DNA of 64,000 nucleotides. Origin: an uncultured Chloroflexia bacterium (lineage in GTDB: Bacteria; Chloroflexota; Anaerolineae; JAAYZQ01). The stretch spans positions 160,001-224,000 of the forward strand of contig CAVOXA010000010.1 in assembly GCA_963700285.1 (NCBI GenBank), written 5' to 3'. The translations under genes were made by a program, and so were the position numbers. Positions 10,631 through 20,083 of the stretch are shown piece by piece (the stretch's first letter is position 1; every line of letters begins with the position of its first letter). The notes beneath the pieces are model-generated. The model saw only the letters and a program-made list of their open reading frames with translations, did not search any database and had not been told where the DNA came from.

Positions 10631-10658
10631 CCTCAGACTGGTTGCCTCCAGTCTGAGG
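10631..10658 (-). terminator. intergenic hairpin (terminator/attenuator or mRNA stabiliser) between AKR and xdh genes
   Basis: CCTCAGACTGG-ttgcct-CCAGTCTGAGG, an 11-bp perfect stem followed by TGTTATT on the minus strand. Confidence 0.5.
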
Positions 10659-10737
10659 CCAAACAGGGTCAGCGCGAGATCGGTGACTCCAAGCCCGCAA
10701 CTACAATACCCAGTTTAGGTGGATTTGTCTCCCACTG

Positions 10738-11712
10738 CTACTCCCAACAGTTATGAGGCCAGGCGTGACCGGCAAGTCGCTCAACGACCTCAGGCGGCAA
10801 ACTGCCCTTGTCTGATGCCTGGGTATTGGCCTTGACGTGCTCGATCCGCCGCATCCCAGCAAGAACTGACGATACAGCCGGATCGCTCAAGCAGAAGCGT
10901 AGTGCCCCTTCGGCCAGTGTTTCAACGTCGTCACCGACCAGCCAGTCGAGTGCCTCGGCATGCTCAATTGCCTGCGCCAGTCGATCGCCGCCAAAGTAGT
11001 TGTTCCGCCAGTCATCCTCGGGAAAGGTCGTATCCAGGGTGAGTTTGCCCGTTAACGCACCCTCGTCCAGCGGGCAGCGGACAACAATGCCAACATCATG
11101 CTTCTGAGCCAGAGGGAAGAGCAGATCCTGGGGCTCTTGCTGGTAGATATTGTAGACGACCTGGCACACGTCGATCAGGCCAGTCTCGATGGCCTTTTGC
11201 GGGATATGGGAGTCCTCCAAGGGAAAGACCAGTGAAAGGCCAAAGCTGCGGACTTTGCCTTGTTCTTGCAACTGAACGGCGGCCTCTTTCCATTCGTCAC
11301 AATCGGCCCACTCGTCCATCCATACATGGAGCATCTGTACATCCAATTGCTCCCGGCCCAGGTTCTTGAGGCTTTGCTCGCTGTTTTCGATAATCCACGC
11401 TTTGGTGTATGCATCGGCAAAAGAATCGCCTGACTTGGGTCCGAAATTGTAGTTCATCGGGCGGACCTTGGTTGCCACGTATACCTCTTCAGGCCGACCC
11501 TTTAGTACCTGCCCAATCAACCGTTCGCTGTGACCATTGCCATAACCCATCGCCGTGTCGATGAAATTCACGCCCAAATCCAGGGCCAGATTCATTGAGT
11601 TGAGGGCGTCCTCGTCGGTGCTGCCTTTCCACCAATCGAGGCCAATGCCCCATGCTCCGTAGCCGATCTCGGAGACCTCAAATCCTGCTTTACCTAGCTT
11701 GCGATAGCGCAT
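10738..11712 (-). CDS. aldo/keto reductase
   Basis: MRYRKLGKAGFEVSEIGYGAW, FIDTAMGYG and YVATK. Confidence 0.92.
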   Translation of the reverse strand: MRYRKLGKAGFEVSEIGYGAWGIGLDWWKGSTDEDALNSMNLALDLGVNFIDTAMGYGNGHSERLIGQVLKGRPEEVYVATKVRPMNYNFGPKSGDSFADAYTKAWIIENSEQSLKNLGREQLDVQMLHVWMDEWADCDEWKEAAVQLQEQGKVRSFGLSLVFPLEDSHIPQKAIETGLIDVCQVVYNIYQQEPQDLLFPLAQKHDVGIVVRCPLDEGALTGKLTLDTTFPEDDWRNNYFGGDRLAQAIEHAEALDWLVGDDVETLAEGALRFCLSDPAVSSVLAGMRRIEHVKANTQASDKGSLPPEVVERLAGHAWPHNCWE

Positions 11713-11762
11713 ATGTTCCTCCCTTGTCGTTTGTGGCTTGCCGGGCAAGCCCCCAGGTTTTT

Positions 11763-12629
11763 CTAGCTTAGCAGCTCGTGCAGGTGGTAGGAGTGTTTGC
11801 CAAAGGACCCACCAAAGTTCATGGCTCCGATCTGTACGACGCCTGGGACCTGAGCAGCTGCATTGATTGCTACTTTCATGGCACGCTGCATCAGGACTGG
11901 CGTGGAACCGAACATCAACAGGTTGAGGATCGACTCAACCCCATCGGGGACTTGGCTGTCTTCGATCCTGTCCCGCAGCGCGGGCACATAGTCCAGCTCG
12001 CGAAAGACCTGCTCCAAACCATAGCCCATGGGCGCTACCCCGTCCACGGCAGCGATGGCATCCTTGGCAGCCTTGACCGCCAGTACAGAAGACGCCTCAG
12101 ATTTGGCAAAGCACACGATATGCCCATCTGTGCCACGGGTCGAAAGGTGGACCGACTTTTCATAGGTGAATTCGCCGGTCATCGTCGGGACGACGCTCAG
12201 ACGGCGCTCACCCAGATCTCGTTCCGTGTCATAGCCTTGCCACCGCTCCGAGGTGAGGGCATACAGGTCCACTTTCTCGGTCGCCTCCGCATCCTCTACC
12301 ATGAAATCATAGATGGCCAGGGTCGGTATGAGGGTGCCCAGTACAATGCGCAGAGAAAGCTCCTCGCTAAAGGCCTGCCGGGCCTCGGGCGTCATCGTAC
12401 AGGAAACAATCACCCCCGGCCGGCCGTCGGGTGTTTCCGCGGGATGCGCCATCCGCTCTATTCCGGCATTGATCCGTGATCCCAGTTCACTCGAACCAGC
12501 GGCACCGACGAACTGGTGCGCGCCGCCCAAGGCCACGTCTTCAGAGATTGCCGTCAGGACGAGCCGGACCACTTCCAAGTCCCACGCCTCCGCAAAAGTG
12601 TCCTGAATGAGAACGTCGTTAATCTTCAT
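11763..12629 (-). CDS. ftr: divergent formylmethanofuran:tetrahydromethanopterin formyltransferase (Ftr/FhcD)-like protein
   Basis: N-terminal MKINDVLIQDTFAEAW, PAETPDGRPGV, VPTMTGEF and C-terminal GVVQIGAMNFGGSFGKHSYHLHELL match Ftr hallmarks; internal motifs are divergent. Confidence 0.82.
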   Translation of the reverse strand: MKINDVLIQDTFAEAWDLEVVRLVLTAISEDVALGGAHQFVGAAGSSELGSRINAGIERMAHPAETPDGRPGVIVSCTMTPEARQAFSEELSLRIVLGTLIPTLAIYDFMVEDAEATEKVDLYALTSERWQGYDTERDLGERRLSVVPTMTGEFTYEKSVHLSTRGTDGHIVCFAKSEASSVLAVKAAKDAIAAVDGVAPMGYGLEQVFRELDYVPALRDRIEDSQVPDGVESILNLLMFGSTPVLMQRAMKVAINAAAQVPGVVQIGAMNFGGSFGKHSYHLHELLS

Positions 12630-12653
12630 AGTCTCTCATTCTCCAGTGGGCGG

Positions 12654-13709
12654 CTACAGATCTTCATTGACCACCATGACTTTGAGCCCTATTCTCTCGT
12701 TGGCAAAGCCAAAAGCCTTTTGAATATCATCCAATGAGTAGTGGTGGGAGATAATGGTATCCAGCCGGACATTGCCCGATTGCATCAGCGCCACCGCCTT
12801 TTCATAGTCGGCACGAGTTGAATCATGCGTACCAACAAACCGAAGCTCCTTATAGTGAATCACATCCAGATTCAAGGTGACGGGGTCGCTGAGTGTTGCT
12901 GCAAAATACAGGACCTGGCCCTGCTTGGCCGACATTTGGAACGCCTCTTCCAGCACGGTAGGATCGAGACCCGCCGCACTCACCACGACGTCAGCACCAA
13001 ACCCCCCGGTAATCTCTTTCACTTTGTCTATCAGGTCCGTGTCTACCTCATGCGGTTTGTCTGCGTGAAGAATGTGGTTTGCCCCAAGGTCTCCGGCAAC
13101 ACTGAGCCTCTTTGGTTTCAAGTCGATGGCAATGACCTGCATGCCGCGGCTCTTTAGGAGCTGCACGTGGATGAGACCAATAGGACCGGAGCCAATGACA
13201 ACACCAAAGCCGCCCATAGGAATATCGATTAGCTTGTTGTTGCCATTGATGCAGCAAGCCAACGGTTCTGCAAAGGCCGCCTCGATGATGTCCACGTTAT
13301 CGGGCACCGGAACCAAGTTCTTGTAAGGATAGACTGCGTATTGCCCAAAGCCGCCGGCAATATAGCCGGCATCCACGCACAGGTTCTCGTGCCCGCGGCG
13401 GCAGTAACGGCAATAGCCACAGGGCAACCTGCCATCAGGCACCACCCTGGCTCCAACACCCAAACTGGGTTTGTCAGGCACCTCGTCCCCAATTGCATGG
13501 ATGGTCCCCGAAAGCTCGTGTCCCATCTGAAAAGGGAACTTGATCTTCCAGCCCGAGGGCTTTCTACCATTGTAGAGATTGAGATCCGTTCCGCAAATGC
13601 CACAGGCAGCAACCTTGACCACCACCTCATCGCTTCCTGGCTGAGGAATCTCGCTTTCCTTGAACACAAACTGGCCGTTCTCCTGAATCAACGCGTTTTT
13701 CGTCTTCAT
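12654..13709 (-). CDS. Zn-dependent alcohol/polyol dehydrogenase (sorbitol/threonine dehydrogenase type)
   Basis: CGICGTD, GHE, CGYCRYCRRGHENLC and GSGPIG. Confidence 0.92.
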   Translation of the reverse strand: MKTKNALIQENGQFVFKESEIPQPGSDEVVVKVAACGICGTDLNLYNGRKPSGWKIKFPFQMGHELSGTIHAIGDEVPDKPSLGVGARVVPDGRLPCGYCRYCRRGHENLCVDAGYIAGGFGQYAVYPYKNLVPVPDNVDIIEAAFAEPLACCINGNNKLIDIPMGGFGVVIGSGPIGLIHVQLLKSRGMQVIAIDLKPKRLSVAGDLGANHILHADKPHEVDTDLIDKVKEITGGFGADVVVSAAGLDPTVLEEAFQMSAKQGQVLYFAATLSDPVTLNLDVIHYKELRFVGTHDSTRADYEKAVALMQSGNVRLDTIISHHYSLDDIQKAFGFANERIGLKVMVVNEDL

Positions 13710-13748
13710 TGGTCCATCATCTCCTTTGGTTTTGCCCGAGCGCTCGCA

Positions 13749-15149
13749 TCACGACAAAGAATAGTAGGGTGATACTTCCAACCCAGCGTCGGCAAACCGT
13801 TTGATTGCGTACGCCTCAGCCTCTGAAACAATCTCTTCCTCATCAAAGCGAAGCAGCTTGCGTTCGTGCACGAGCACCTGGCCGTCAACGATCACGGTCT
13901 CTACGTCGCTGGATGCACTGGCACAGTAGACAAGGTTGTTCACAATGTTGTTGATCGGCCGCATGTGGGTAGCGGTCAGATCCACCAGTATGACGTCGGC
14001 CTTTTTTCCAGTCTCCAACGAGCCGATCTCGTTCTCCATTCCCAGGGCCCGAGCCCCGCCCATGGTAGCCATTTCCAACACCTGATAGGCACTGAGAGCA
14101 GCAGCGTCCATTACGCTTACCTTTTGCAGGAAAGCCGCCGTGCGCATTGCCTCGAACATGTCCATGTTGTCGTTGACAGCACAGCTATCGGTTCCCAAAG
14201 AGACCACCACGCCGGCATCCAACATCTTGGTGATAGGCGCTACCCCGTCAGCGACCTTCATGTTGCATTCAGGATTGTGGGCCACCGATGTGCCCGTGTC
14301 CTTCAACAACTGGATATCATCATCTGACAGCCAGATGCAGTGAGCGCCCAATACGTCCGGTCCCAGCAGCCCGATATCGAACAGGTAGCGAGTCGGAGTT
14401 GTTCCACAGAGGTTGTGGATGTTTTCCCACTCAAATTTGGTCTCGGCGACATGGATGTGAATGCCTACCTCATTCTGAGTGGCCAGGGCGCGTACCTTTT
14501 GCATCAACTCGCCGCCACAGGAATTGGGGCAGGCCAATCCGTAGCGAAAGGTAACCAGGCCATCCTTCTGGTGCTGGCAGTGCTGGATCAACTGGTCCGC
14601 AAGGTCCAGGGCGATATGTTCGGGGAGCAGCATGCCTTCTTTGCTCCATTGATCCACATCGGTCAAGGTCAGCGTTTGTACCACACGCAAGCCCATTTCC
14701 TCAAAGACATCGATCGTCTCTGGAGGTGTAGCCCACTCCATGTTCAGCAGACAGGTGATACCTGACCGCAGCGCGTCAACACAGCCCAGCCGAGAGGACT
14801 GGATCTGCAAACCAAAGTCACCGGCGAGATAGCCCTGGACAGCCATCACGATGCGCGGACTCGACACATTCTCAATCCAGTCTACCAGCTCGAGATCGTC
14901 CGGCGTTCCCTTTAGAAAATTCTGTAGAAAGTGGTGGTGCGTATCGATGAGCCCAGGTAGAACAGCGCGATGGTGAGCATCGATGACTTGGCCGGCAGAG
15001 TACTGGGCAACCAAGGTCTCTGTCGCGCCGATGTCCACGATCCTGCCATTCTTGATGGCCACCGCGCCATCGTAGAGAATGGTACGGTCCCTATCCATGG
15101 TAATGACCACGCCGTCGCGGATGAGCAGGTCGACCTTCATTGGGTTCAT
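13749..15149 (-). CDS. amidohydrolase, MtaD/AtzB-type heterocycle deaminase family (copy 1)
   Basis: PGLIDTHHH, HIHVAE, AHCIW, HNPECNMK, SLGTD and GSLETGKKAD. Confidence 0.9.
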   Translation of the reverse strand: MNPMKVDLLIRDGVVITMDRDRTILYDGAVAIKNGRIVDIGATETLVAQYSAGQVIDAHHRAVLPGLIDTHHHFLQNFLKGTPDDLELVDWIENVSSPRIVMAVQGYLAGDFGLQIQSSRLGCVDALRSGITCLLNMEWATPPETIDVFEEMGLRVVQTLTLTDVDQWSKEGMLLPEHIALDLADQLIQHCQHQKDGLVTFRYGLACPNSCGGELMQKVRALATQNEVGIHIHVAETKFEWENIHNLCGTTPTRYLFDIGLLGPDVLGAHCIWLSDDDIQLLKDTGTSVAHNPECNMKVADGVAPITKMLDAGVVVSLGTDSCAVNDNMDMFEAMRTAAFLQKVSVMDAAALSAYQVLEMATMGGARALGMENEIGSLETGKKADVILVDLTATHMRPINNIVNNLVYCASASSDVETVIVDGQVLVHERKLLRFDEEEIVSEAEAYAIKRFADAGLEVSPYYSLS

Positions 15150-15160
15150 CTCACTGCTCC

Positions 15161-16288
15161 TCAGTCGAGCGCCTCGTTAACGATCTGGGACAGAGACTTG
15201 GCCTTGATTTTCATACGTTTCGAGCGGCTCATTTGGCGGAATCGAACGTAACAATTTGGGCACGAGGTGATAATCTGTTTGGCCCCAGTCTCGATGGCCT
15301 GCTCCAACCGGTCGACAACGGCCTCATTGGCCAGACCCTGGCAGGTAAAGTACACGCCGCCACCGGCTCCACAACATTGGGCGTGATTACGGTTGGCAGG
15401 CATCTCGACCAAGTCAAGCCCTGGGATTGCATTGAGCAGATCTCGTGGCTCGTCGTACATGTCGAGGTGGCGACCCAGCACGCAGGGATCGTGCCAGGTG
15501 ACCAGTTCGGGCATCTCCGACAGCCTGCCCTCCACCAGGGGTCGCAGAAACTCGCTGATGTGCTGCACGTCGAACCCTGTCTCCAAGTCCATTTCGTCCG
15601 GCAGCAGGAATTTGAAGCTCTTGAAGCAAGCCGGGCAGGTTGTCAACAAAACCTCCGGGCTCTGGACCTGAATACGTTCCAACGTGATGGCGGCGACCTC
15701 TTTGGCGGCGTCGATCTGCCCCAGTTCGTACAATGGAAAGCCGCAGCAGGTGTCATCCTCAAACATGGCAAAGTCCAGGCCGAGCTTTTCCAGAATTTCA
15801 ACCACCGCTACGACGGTCTCTTCTGACATGCGGTTTGTGGTACACCCGGGGTAAAAGAGCACCGATACCTTTTCTTTCTTGGCTTTTGGGGCAGAGTCCT
15901 CATCGTCCCACTTGGGACCATATGGGTTCAGATGCTGCTTGGTCAGAGACACCACTCGCTTGTGGGCTGGCAGCGCGTGTCCCTTTTCGGCCAGGTCTAC
16001 CCGCCAAGCGTGGAATATCTCATTCAAGGGCAATCCAACAGGGCAGTGTGCTTCACAGCTTCCGCACAAGGTGCAAGCATAGGCATGGTCGAGGAAGGAT
16101 TCCGTAATCTCGATCTCGTCCTCGAGGGTCGCACGCGCCATTCGAACCCGCCCCCTGGCAAACTGCGTCTCCCAGCCGGGTGAGAAGGGATAGGTGGGGC
16201 AAACGTGCTCCACGCCCTCCCAGCCCCACACGCGACAGAAACCGCACCGTGAACAATCGTACAGATGACGCTTTTGCTCCTCCAACAT
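15161..16288 (-). CDS. Fe-S/CCG-domain oxidoreductase subunit (GlcF/HdrD-like)
   Basis: CSRCGFC...CP, CTLCGSCEAHCP and two CCG motifs (TCCGFP, QCCGAGGG); likely start MLEEQ at 16288. Confidence 0.88.
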   Translation of the reverse strand: MLEEQKRHLYDCSRCGFCRVWGWEGVEHVCPTYPFSPGWETQFARGRVRMARATLEDEIEITESFLDHAYACTLCGSCEAHCPVGLPLNEIFHAWRVDLAEKGHALPAHKRVVSLTKQHLNPYGPKWDDEDSAPKAKKEKVSVLFYPGCTTNRMSEETVVAVVEILEKLGLDFAMFEDDTCCGFPLYELGQIDAAKEVAAITLERIQVQSPEVLLTTCPACFKSFKFLLPDEMDLETGFDVQHISEFLRPLVEGRLSEMPELVTWHDPCVLGRHLDMYDEPRDLLNAIPGLDLVEMPANRNHAQCCGAGGGVYFTCQGLANEAVVDRLEQAIETGAKQIITSCPNCYVRFRQMSRSKRMKIKAKSLSQIVNEALD

Positions 16289-16301
16289 GAACTCGCTCCT
16301 A

Positions 16302-17642
16302 CTAGAGACCAACGACGTCTGGGTTCATAATATGATTGGGGTCAACCATCTGCTTGATCGCCTTAAGCAACCGCCAATAGCCAGTTGCGCCCAGATGTTT
16401 CTGCAAATGAGGTCCCCACTGCCGCCCCTTGGAATAGGGCGCTCCGCCCATCTCCAAGCCCTTGTCCATCATCTCCTCCATTGCACCCTGGATCTTCACA
16501 TATTCTTCTTTGTCGTCGGGGTGATGGAACATCAAGCTCACGTGCTCTGCTCCTGTGGGCTCGGGGAACATCTGCTGGGCATACAACCGGATGCCGCGCC
16601 GGTCCATGATCTCTCGCATCACAAGAGTCGCCTCTGCCAGCTGGCCAAATGGTAGGAAATAGTTCACCGCGCCGGCAATGCCGTCTTTGAATTCTTCGCC
16701 CGTGTTGAACCATCGATAGTCCCAGAATTTCTGAGGTGCTTCCGGGCCTTCGTAGCGAACGCTTGAATAGGCAGACACCAACTTTCGAATTCTCTTCACA
16801 CGGTGTACTACCTCTGGCTCATCCCCTTCAACGTTGACGTCAAAGAAAAACATTTCGGGCTTGATCACCGGAACCGATATGTAGCAGACCAGGTTGTGAT
16901 GGGCGATCTCACGAAAGATGTTGATGCCATCGCCCAAGTCTGTTCCAACATAGCGCTCCAAATAGATCTTTTCGGGCCAGGGGTAAATTCGCAAGGTGAT
17001 CTCGGTGACGATGCCCATGGCCCCCTCTGCCCCGATGAACAGCCCCGCCAGATCGGGACCCAACGCATAACGGAAGAAACTGCTGGCTGCCGGGTTTGCC
17101 GCTGTCCCAGTTTCGACAACCTCGCCCGTGGGTAGAACAGCCTTGAGCCCGAGTACCTGCTGGCCCTGGGTCACATACTTGACATTCCCCCAGCCAACAC
17201 CGGGGCGCGAAATGTGAGCGCCTACAGTACCGGCCATGGCACCCGATGGCGCAATGCCAATCTTCCAGCCTCGCTCCTCGAGTATGGTCATTAGCCGTAC
17301 AAAGGTGACTCCGCATTCGACCGTAACGGTTCCGGCATCGTCGTTGATGTCCAGTATCTTGTCCAGCCGCAGCGTCTCCAGGATGATGCCACCCTCCGAC
17401 TGGCAGCCACCCTCCTGGGCAGATCCCCCACCCCGGGGCGAAACCGGAACGTTAAACTCGTTGGCCAATCTCAGGATTGCGGCGATTTCAACCAAGGTTC
17501 CCGGTTTGACCACGATGGCGGGCCACCGAGGCGCCTCAGCTCCGAAATCCTGGGTATACGACAGGAGGATGAAAGGCTCGTCTGACACATATTCTGGGCC
17601 CACAATCTCGGCCAGCCTGGCTATGATCTGTTTCTTGTCCAT
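16302..17642 (-). CDS. FAD-binding oxidoreductase (GlcD/D-lactate dehydrogenase-like)
   Basis: PRGGGS, GTVGAHI, LFIGAEGAMGIVTEITL and DPNHIMNP. Confidence 0.88.
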   Translation of the reverse strand: MDKKQIIARLAEIVGPEYVSDEPFILLSYTQDFGAEAPRWPAIVVKPGTLVEIAAILRLANEFNVPVSPRGGGSAQEGGCQSEGGIILETLRLDKILDINDDAGTVTVECGVTFVRLMTILEERGWKIGIAPSGAMAGTVGAHISRPGVGWGNVKYVTQGQQVLGLKAVLPTGEVVETGTAANPAASSFFRYALGPDLAGLFIGAEGAMGIVTEITLRIYPWPEKIYLERYVGTDLGDGINIFREIAHHNLVCYISVPVIKPEMFFFDVNVEGDEPEVVHRVKRIRKLVSAYSSVRYEGPEAPQKFWDYRWFNTGEEFKDGIAGAVNYFLPFGQLAEATLVMREIMDRRGIRLYAQQMFPEPTGAEHVSLMFHHPDDKEEYVKIQGAMEEMMDKGLEMGGAPYSKGRQWGPHLQKHLGATGYWRLLKAIKQMVDPNHIMNPDVVGL

Positions 17643-17751
17643 ACTCCATCCTATCGCGATCCTCGAGTTTTCCTGACAGGACCCACTCTCTGCCGGAAAA
17701 GCAGCCCGGCCCATTGCCTGTCAAGCCTTGCGGCCATCGTCATGCGTAGGG

Positions 17752-18507
17752 CTACTGATCTCCGAACAGAACTTGGTGTATCTGGCGCACCGTCAATTCT
17801 GGATCCTCGGACTGCCAGACCCGGCGCCCAATAGCTACGCCTGCCGCTCCAGCTTCCACAATCTCGCGCACCATCTGCAGAGGGTCTTCAGCGCCTCTCT
17901 CATTCTTGGGGCCGCCAGCGACCACAATTGGTACAGGCGACGATCGAACAACGTGCTTGAAGGTCTCGATCTCGCCGCAATAGTTGGTCTTGACAATGTC
18001 CGCGCCCATTTCGTAGCCTATGCGCGCTGCGTGTGCCACCTGGGTAGGATCATAGGCAGCATCCATGGACGGCATCATTTCTGCAAGCACAGGGATTCCG
18101 TAGCGGTTCGATTGCTCGGTAAGCTGTCCCAGAAACCGCATGGTCTCAACCTCGTGACCTCGTCCAAAAAAGATCGAAACGGCGACTGCATCCGCATCGA
18201 GCCGGAGGGCCGTCTCCACCGTAGCCACGGGAGTCTCTTGCATGGCTTCTGGGGCCAGCCCAAGACTGATACTGACTCTGAGCACGATGGCGACCTCTGT
18301 TCCCATGATGGGCTGTACGGTACGGGTAATCCCCGGGCTCACCAGTAGAGCATTTGCGCCACCGGCCAACACCTGCTCGACGATGCCCTGGGGGCAGTCT
18401 ATCCCCTTGACAGGACCCAACCATGGGCCGTGATCTAGGGGGACCATCAAACAGCGCCCAAAAGGCCCTGTGAATATCCTTCTCAGTCTTCTACTCTTTC
18501 CTGTCAT
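17752..18507 (-). CDS. class I aldolase, DhnA/LsrF family
   Basis: VPLDHG, GADIVKTNY (Schiff-base Lys), VAGG and IGRRVWQ. Confidence 0.88.
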   Translation of the reverse strand: MTGKSRRLRRIFTGPFGRCLMVPLDHGPWLGPVKGIDCPQGIVEQVLAGGANALLVSPGITRTVQPIMGTEVAIVLRVSISLGLAPEAMQETPVATVETALRLDADAVAVSIFFGRGHEVETMRFLGQLTEQSNRYGIPVLAEMMPSMDAAYDPTQVAHAARIGYEMGADIVKTNYCGEIETFKHVVRSSPVPIVVAGGPKNERGAEDPLQMVREIVEAGAAGVAIGRRVWQSEDPELTVRQIHQVLFGDQ

Positions 18508-18564
18508 GTTTACTCCTCCATAGTCAGCATCATTGACCAACGCCACAAGCTCAGATCTGCGTCT

Positions 18565-20058
18565 TCAGGACACCATGTCGGTTTCCTCCAAGGCGAATTG
18601 TGCGAATGCCCTGTAATGCTGATATCCGCCTTCATAGACAGGGCCGAACTCGCTGCGGCAGTGGATTATAGCAGGTTCATCGAATGTCTGCAACAGGCTC
18701 ACTTCCAGTCTCTCGCGCCCCAGGTGCGCTTGGCACAGAGCATACAGCACTCGCGTTACGGTTTCTTTGCCGGCATAGATCAGGACATCGCGTTGGCAGA
18801 CATCGGCCACAATCTGGGGCCAACCCTGGGTGGCCGAGCCACCACCGGCAAGAGCAATTTGGTCGATTGGTACACCCAGTTCCTGGTAGAGATCCAGGAG
18901 GTGGCGTAGGCTGTAGGCCACGCCCTCCATGACGGCTCGCCCCAGGTGGCGCTGGTCGTGCGCTAACCGCAACCCGTAGAACCCGCCCCGTATCTCATCG
19001 CTCCAATAAGGGCTGCGTTCACCGGCCAGATAGGGAATGAAACATACTCCATCCGCGCCAGGCTCGATCTCAAGGGCATCCGCTACCCACTCTTCAAACG
19101 ACTTGGACTGTTCTTTGCCTCTGGCAAGGTTTTCGTAGGCCCAGACCAGGCAGCTGCCAGAGCTAGACGACACGCCGCCAAGCATCGGATATGGTCCGAA
19201 GGGATATATGTACAGCCTTTGGGCTGGATCCCGGACCTGATCCTGTTCAGCCAGCGGTGCGAAAACCATGGAAGAACTGCCCATCGAGCAGGTCACGCGC
19301 CCCGGTCTGGGTGGCGCTGCCCCAAATAAGGCGGCAACATCCCCCATACCTACCACAACCCGGATGGCCGGGCTCAGCCCCAACATCTCGGCTACCGCAG
19401 GCAGGATTGATCCGCCGCCGGCATCTGAGGCGCGAATTGGCGGCAGCACGCCGGGGTCCAGGCCTACGATCTGGAGCCGCTCAGCCGCCCACGCTCTCGT
19501 CTCCCAGTCCAATAGTACCGCCCCACCAGGCTCTGTCAAGTCTGTGCACAGCTCGCCCGTCATCCGGAAGCGGAGGTAGTCCTTAGGCCATAGGATCGTC
19601 CGCGTCTTGGCCAGCACCTCAGGCATGTGGCGACGGAGCCACAACAGCTTGGGAAGTGTATAGGTACTGTTGAGTTGAAAAGGCGGCAACTGGAGCGTGG
19701 CCATCAGCTCCTCCGTCTCGCTGGCTGCCCGCCGGTCTAGCCAGAGGATGGTCGGAGGGAGTACCTTTGCCTGGTCGTCCAGCAGCACGGCCGTATGCAT
19801 TTGACCTGTGAAGGACACAGCCTCAGTCTGGTCCAGCGCAAAACCCTGCCCGGTCAGGTCTGCCAGGGCATCTCGCAGAGCCTGCCACCAGTCCTCGGGA
19901 TCCTGCTCAGCCCAGCCCGGATTCGGCGTTTGATAGGAGTACCGTTGAGAGCTAGTCCCCTTGACTCGGCCATCAGGCGAATAGAGCACAGCCTTCAGCG
20001 AAGAGGTACCCACATCAATCGCCAGGATTGTATTCTCGGGCTTTTCGGTTCGTGCCAT
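18565..20058 (-). CDS. FGGY-family carbohydrate kinase (xylulokinase-like)
   Basis: AIDVGTSSLKA, GWAEQDPEDWW, TGQMH and PYLAGERSPYW. Confidence 0.92.
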   Translation of the reverse strand: MARTEKPENTILAIDVGTSSLKAVLYSPDGRVKGTSSQRYSYQTPNPGWAEQDPEDWWQALRDALADLTGQGFALDQTEAVSFTGQMHTAVLLDDQAKVLPPTILWLDRRAASETEELMATLQLPPFQLNSTYTLPKLLWLRRHMPEVLAKTRTILWPKDYLRFRMTGELCTDLTEPGGAVLLDWETRAWAAERLQIVGLDPGVLPPIRASDAGGGSILPAVAEMLGLSPAIRVVVGMGDVAALFGAAPPRPGRVTCSMGSSSMVFAPLAEQDQVRDPAQRLYIYPFGPYPMLGGVSSSSGSCLVWAYENLARGKEQSKSFEEWVADALEIEPGADGVCFIPYLAGERSPYWSDEIRGGFYGLRLAHDQRHLGRAVMEGVAYSLRHLLDLYQELGVPIDQIALAGGGSATQGWPQIVADVCQRDVLIYAGKETVTRVLYALCQAHLGRERLEVSLLQTFDEPAIIHCRSEFGPVYEGGYQHYRAFAQFALEETDMVS

Positions 20059-20083
20059 GGCGCACATCCAGTCAATGCAGTTT

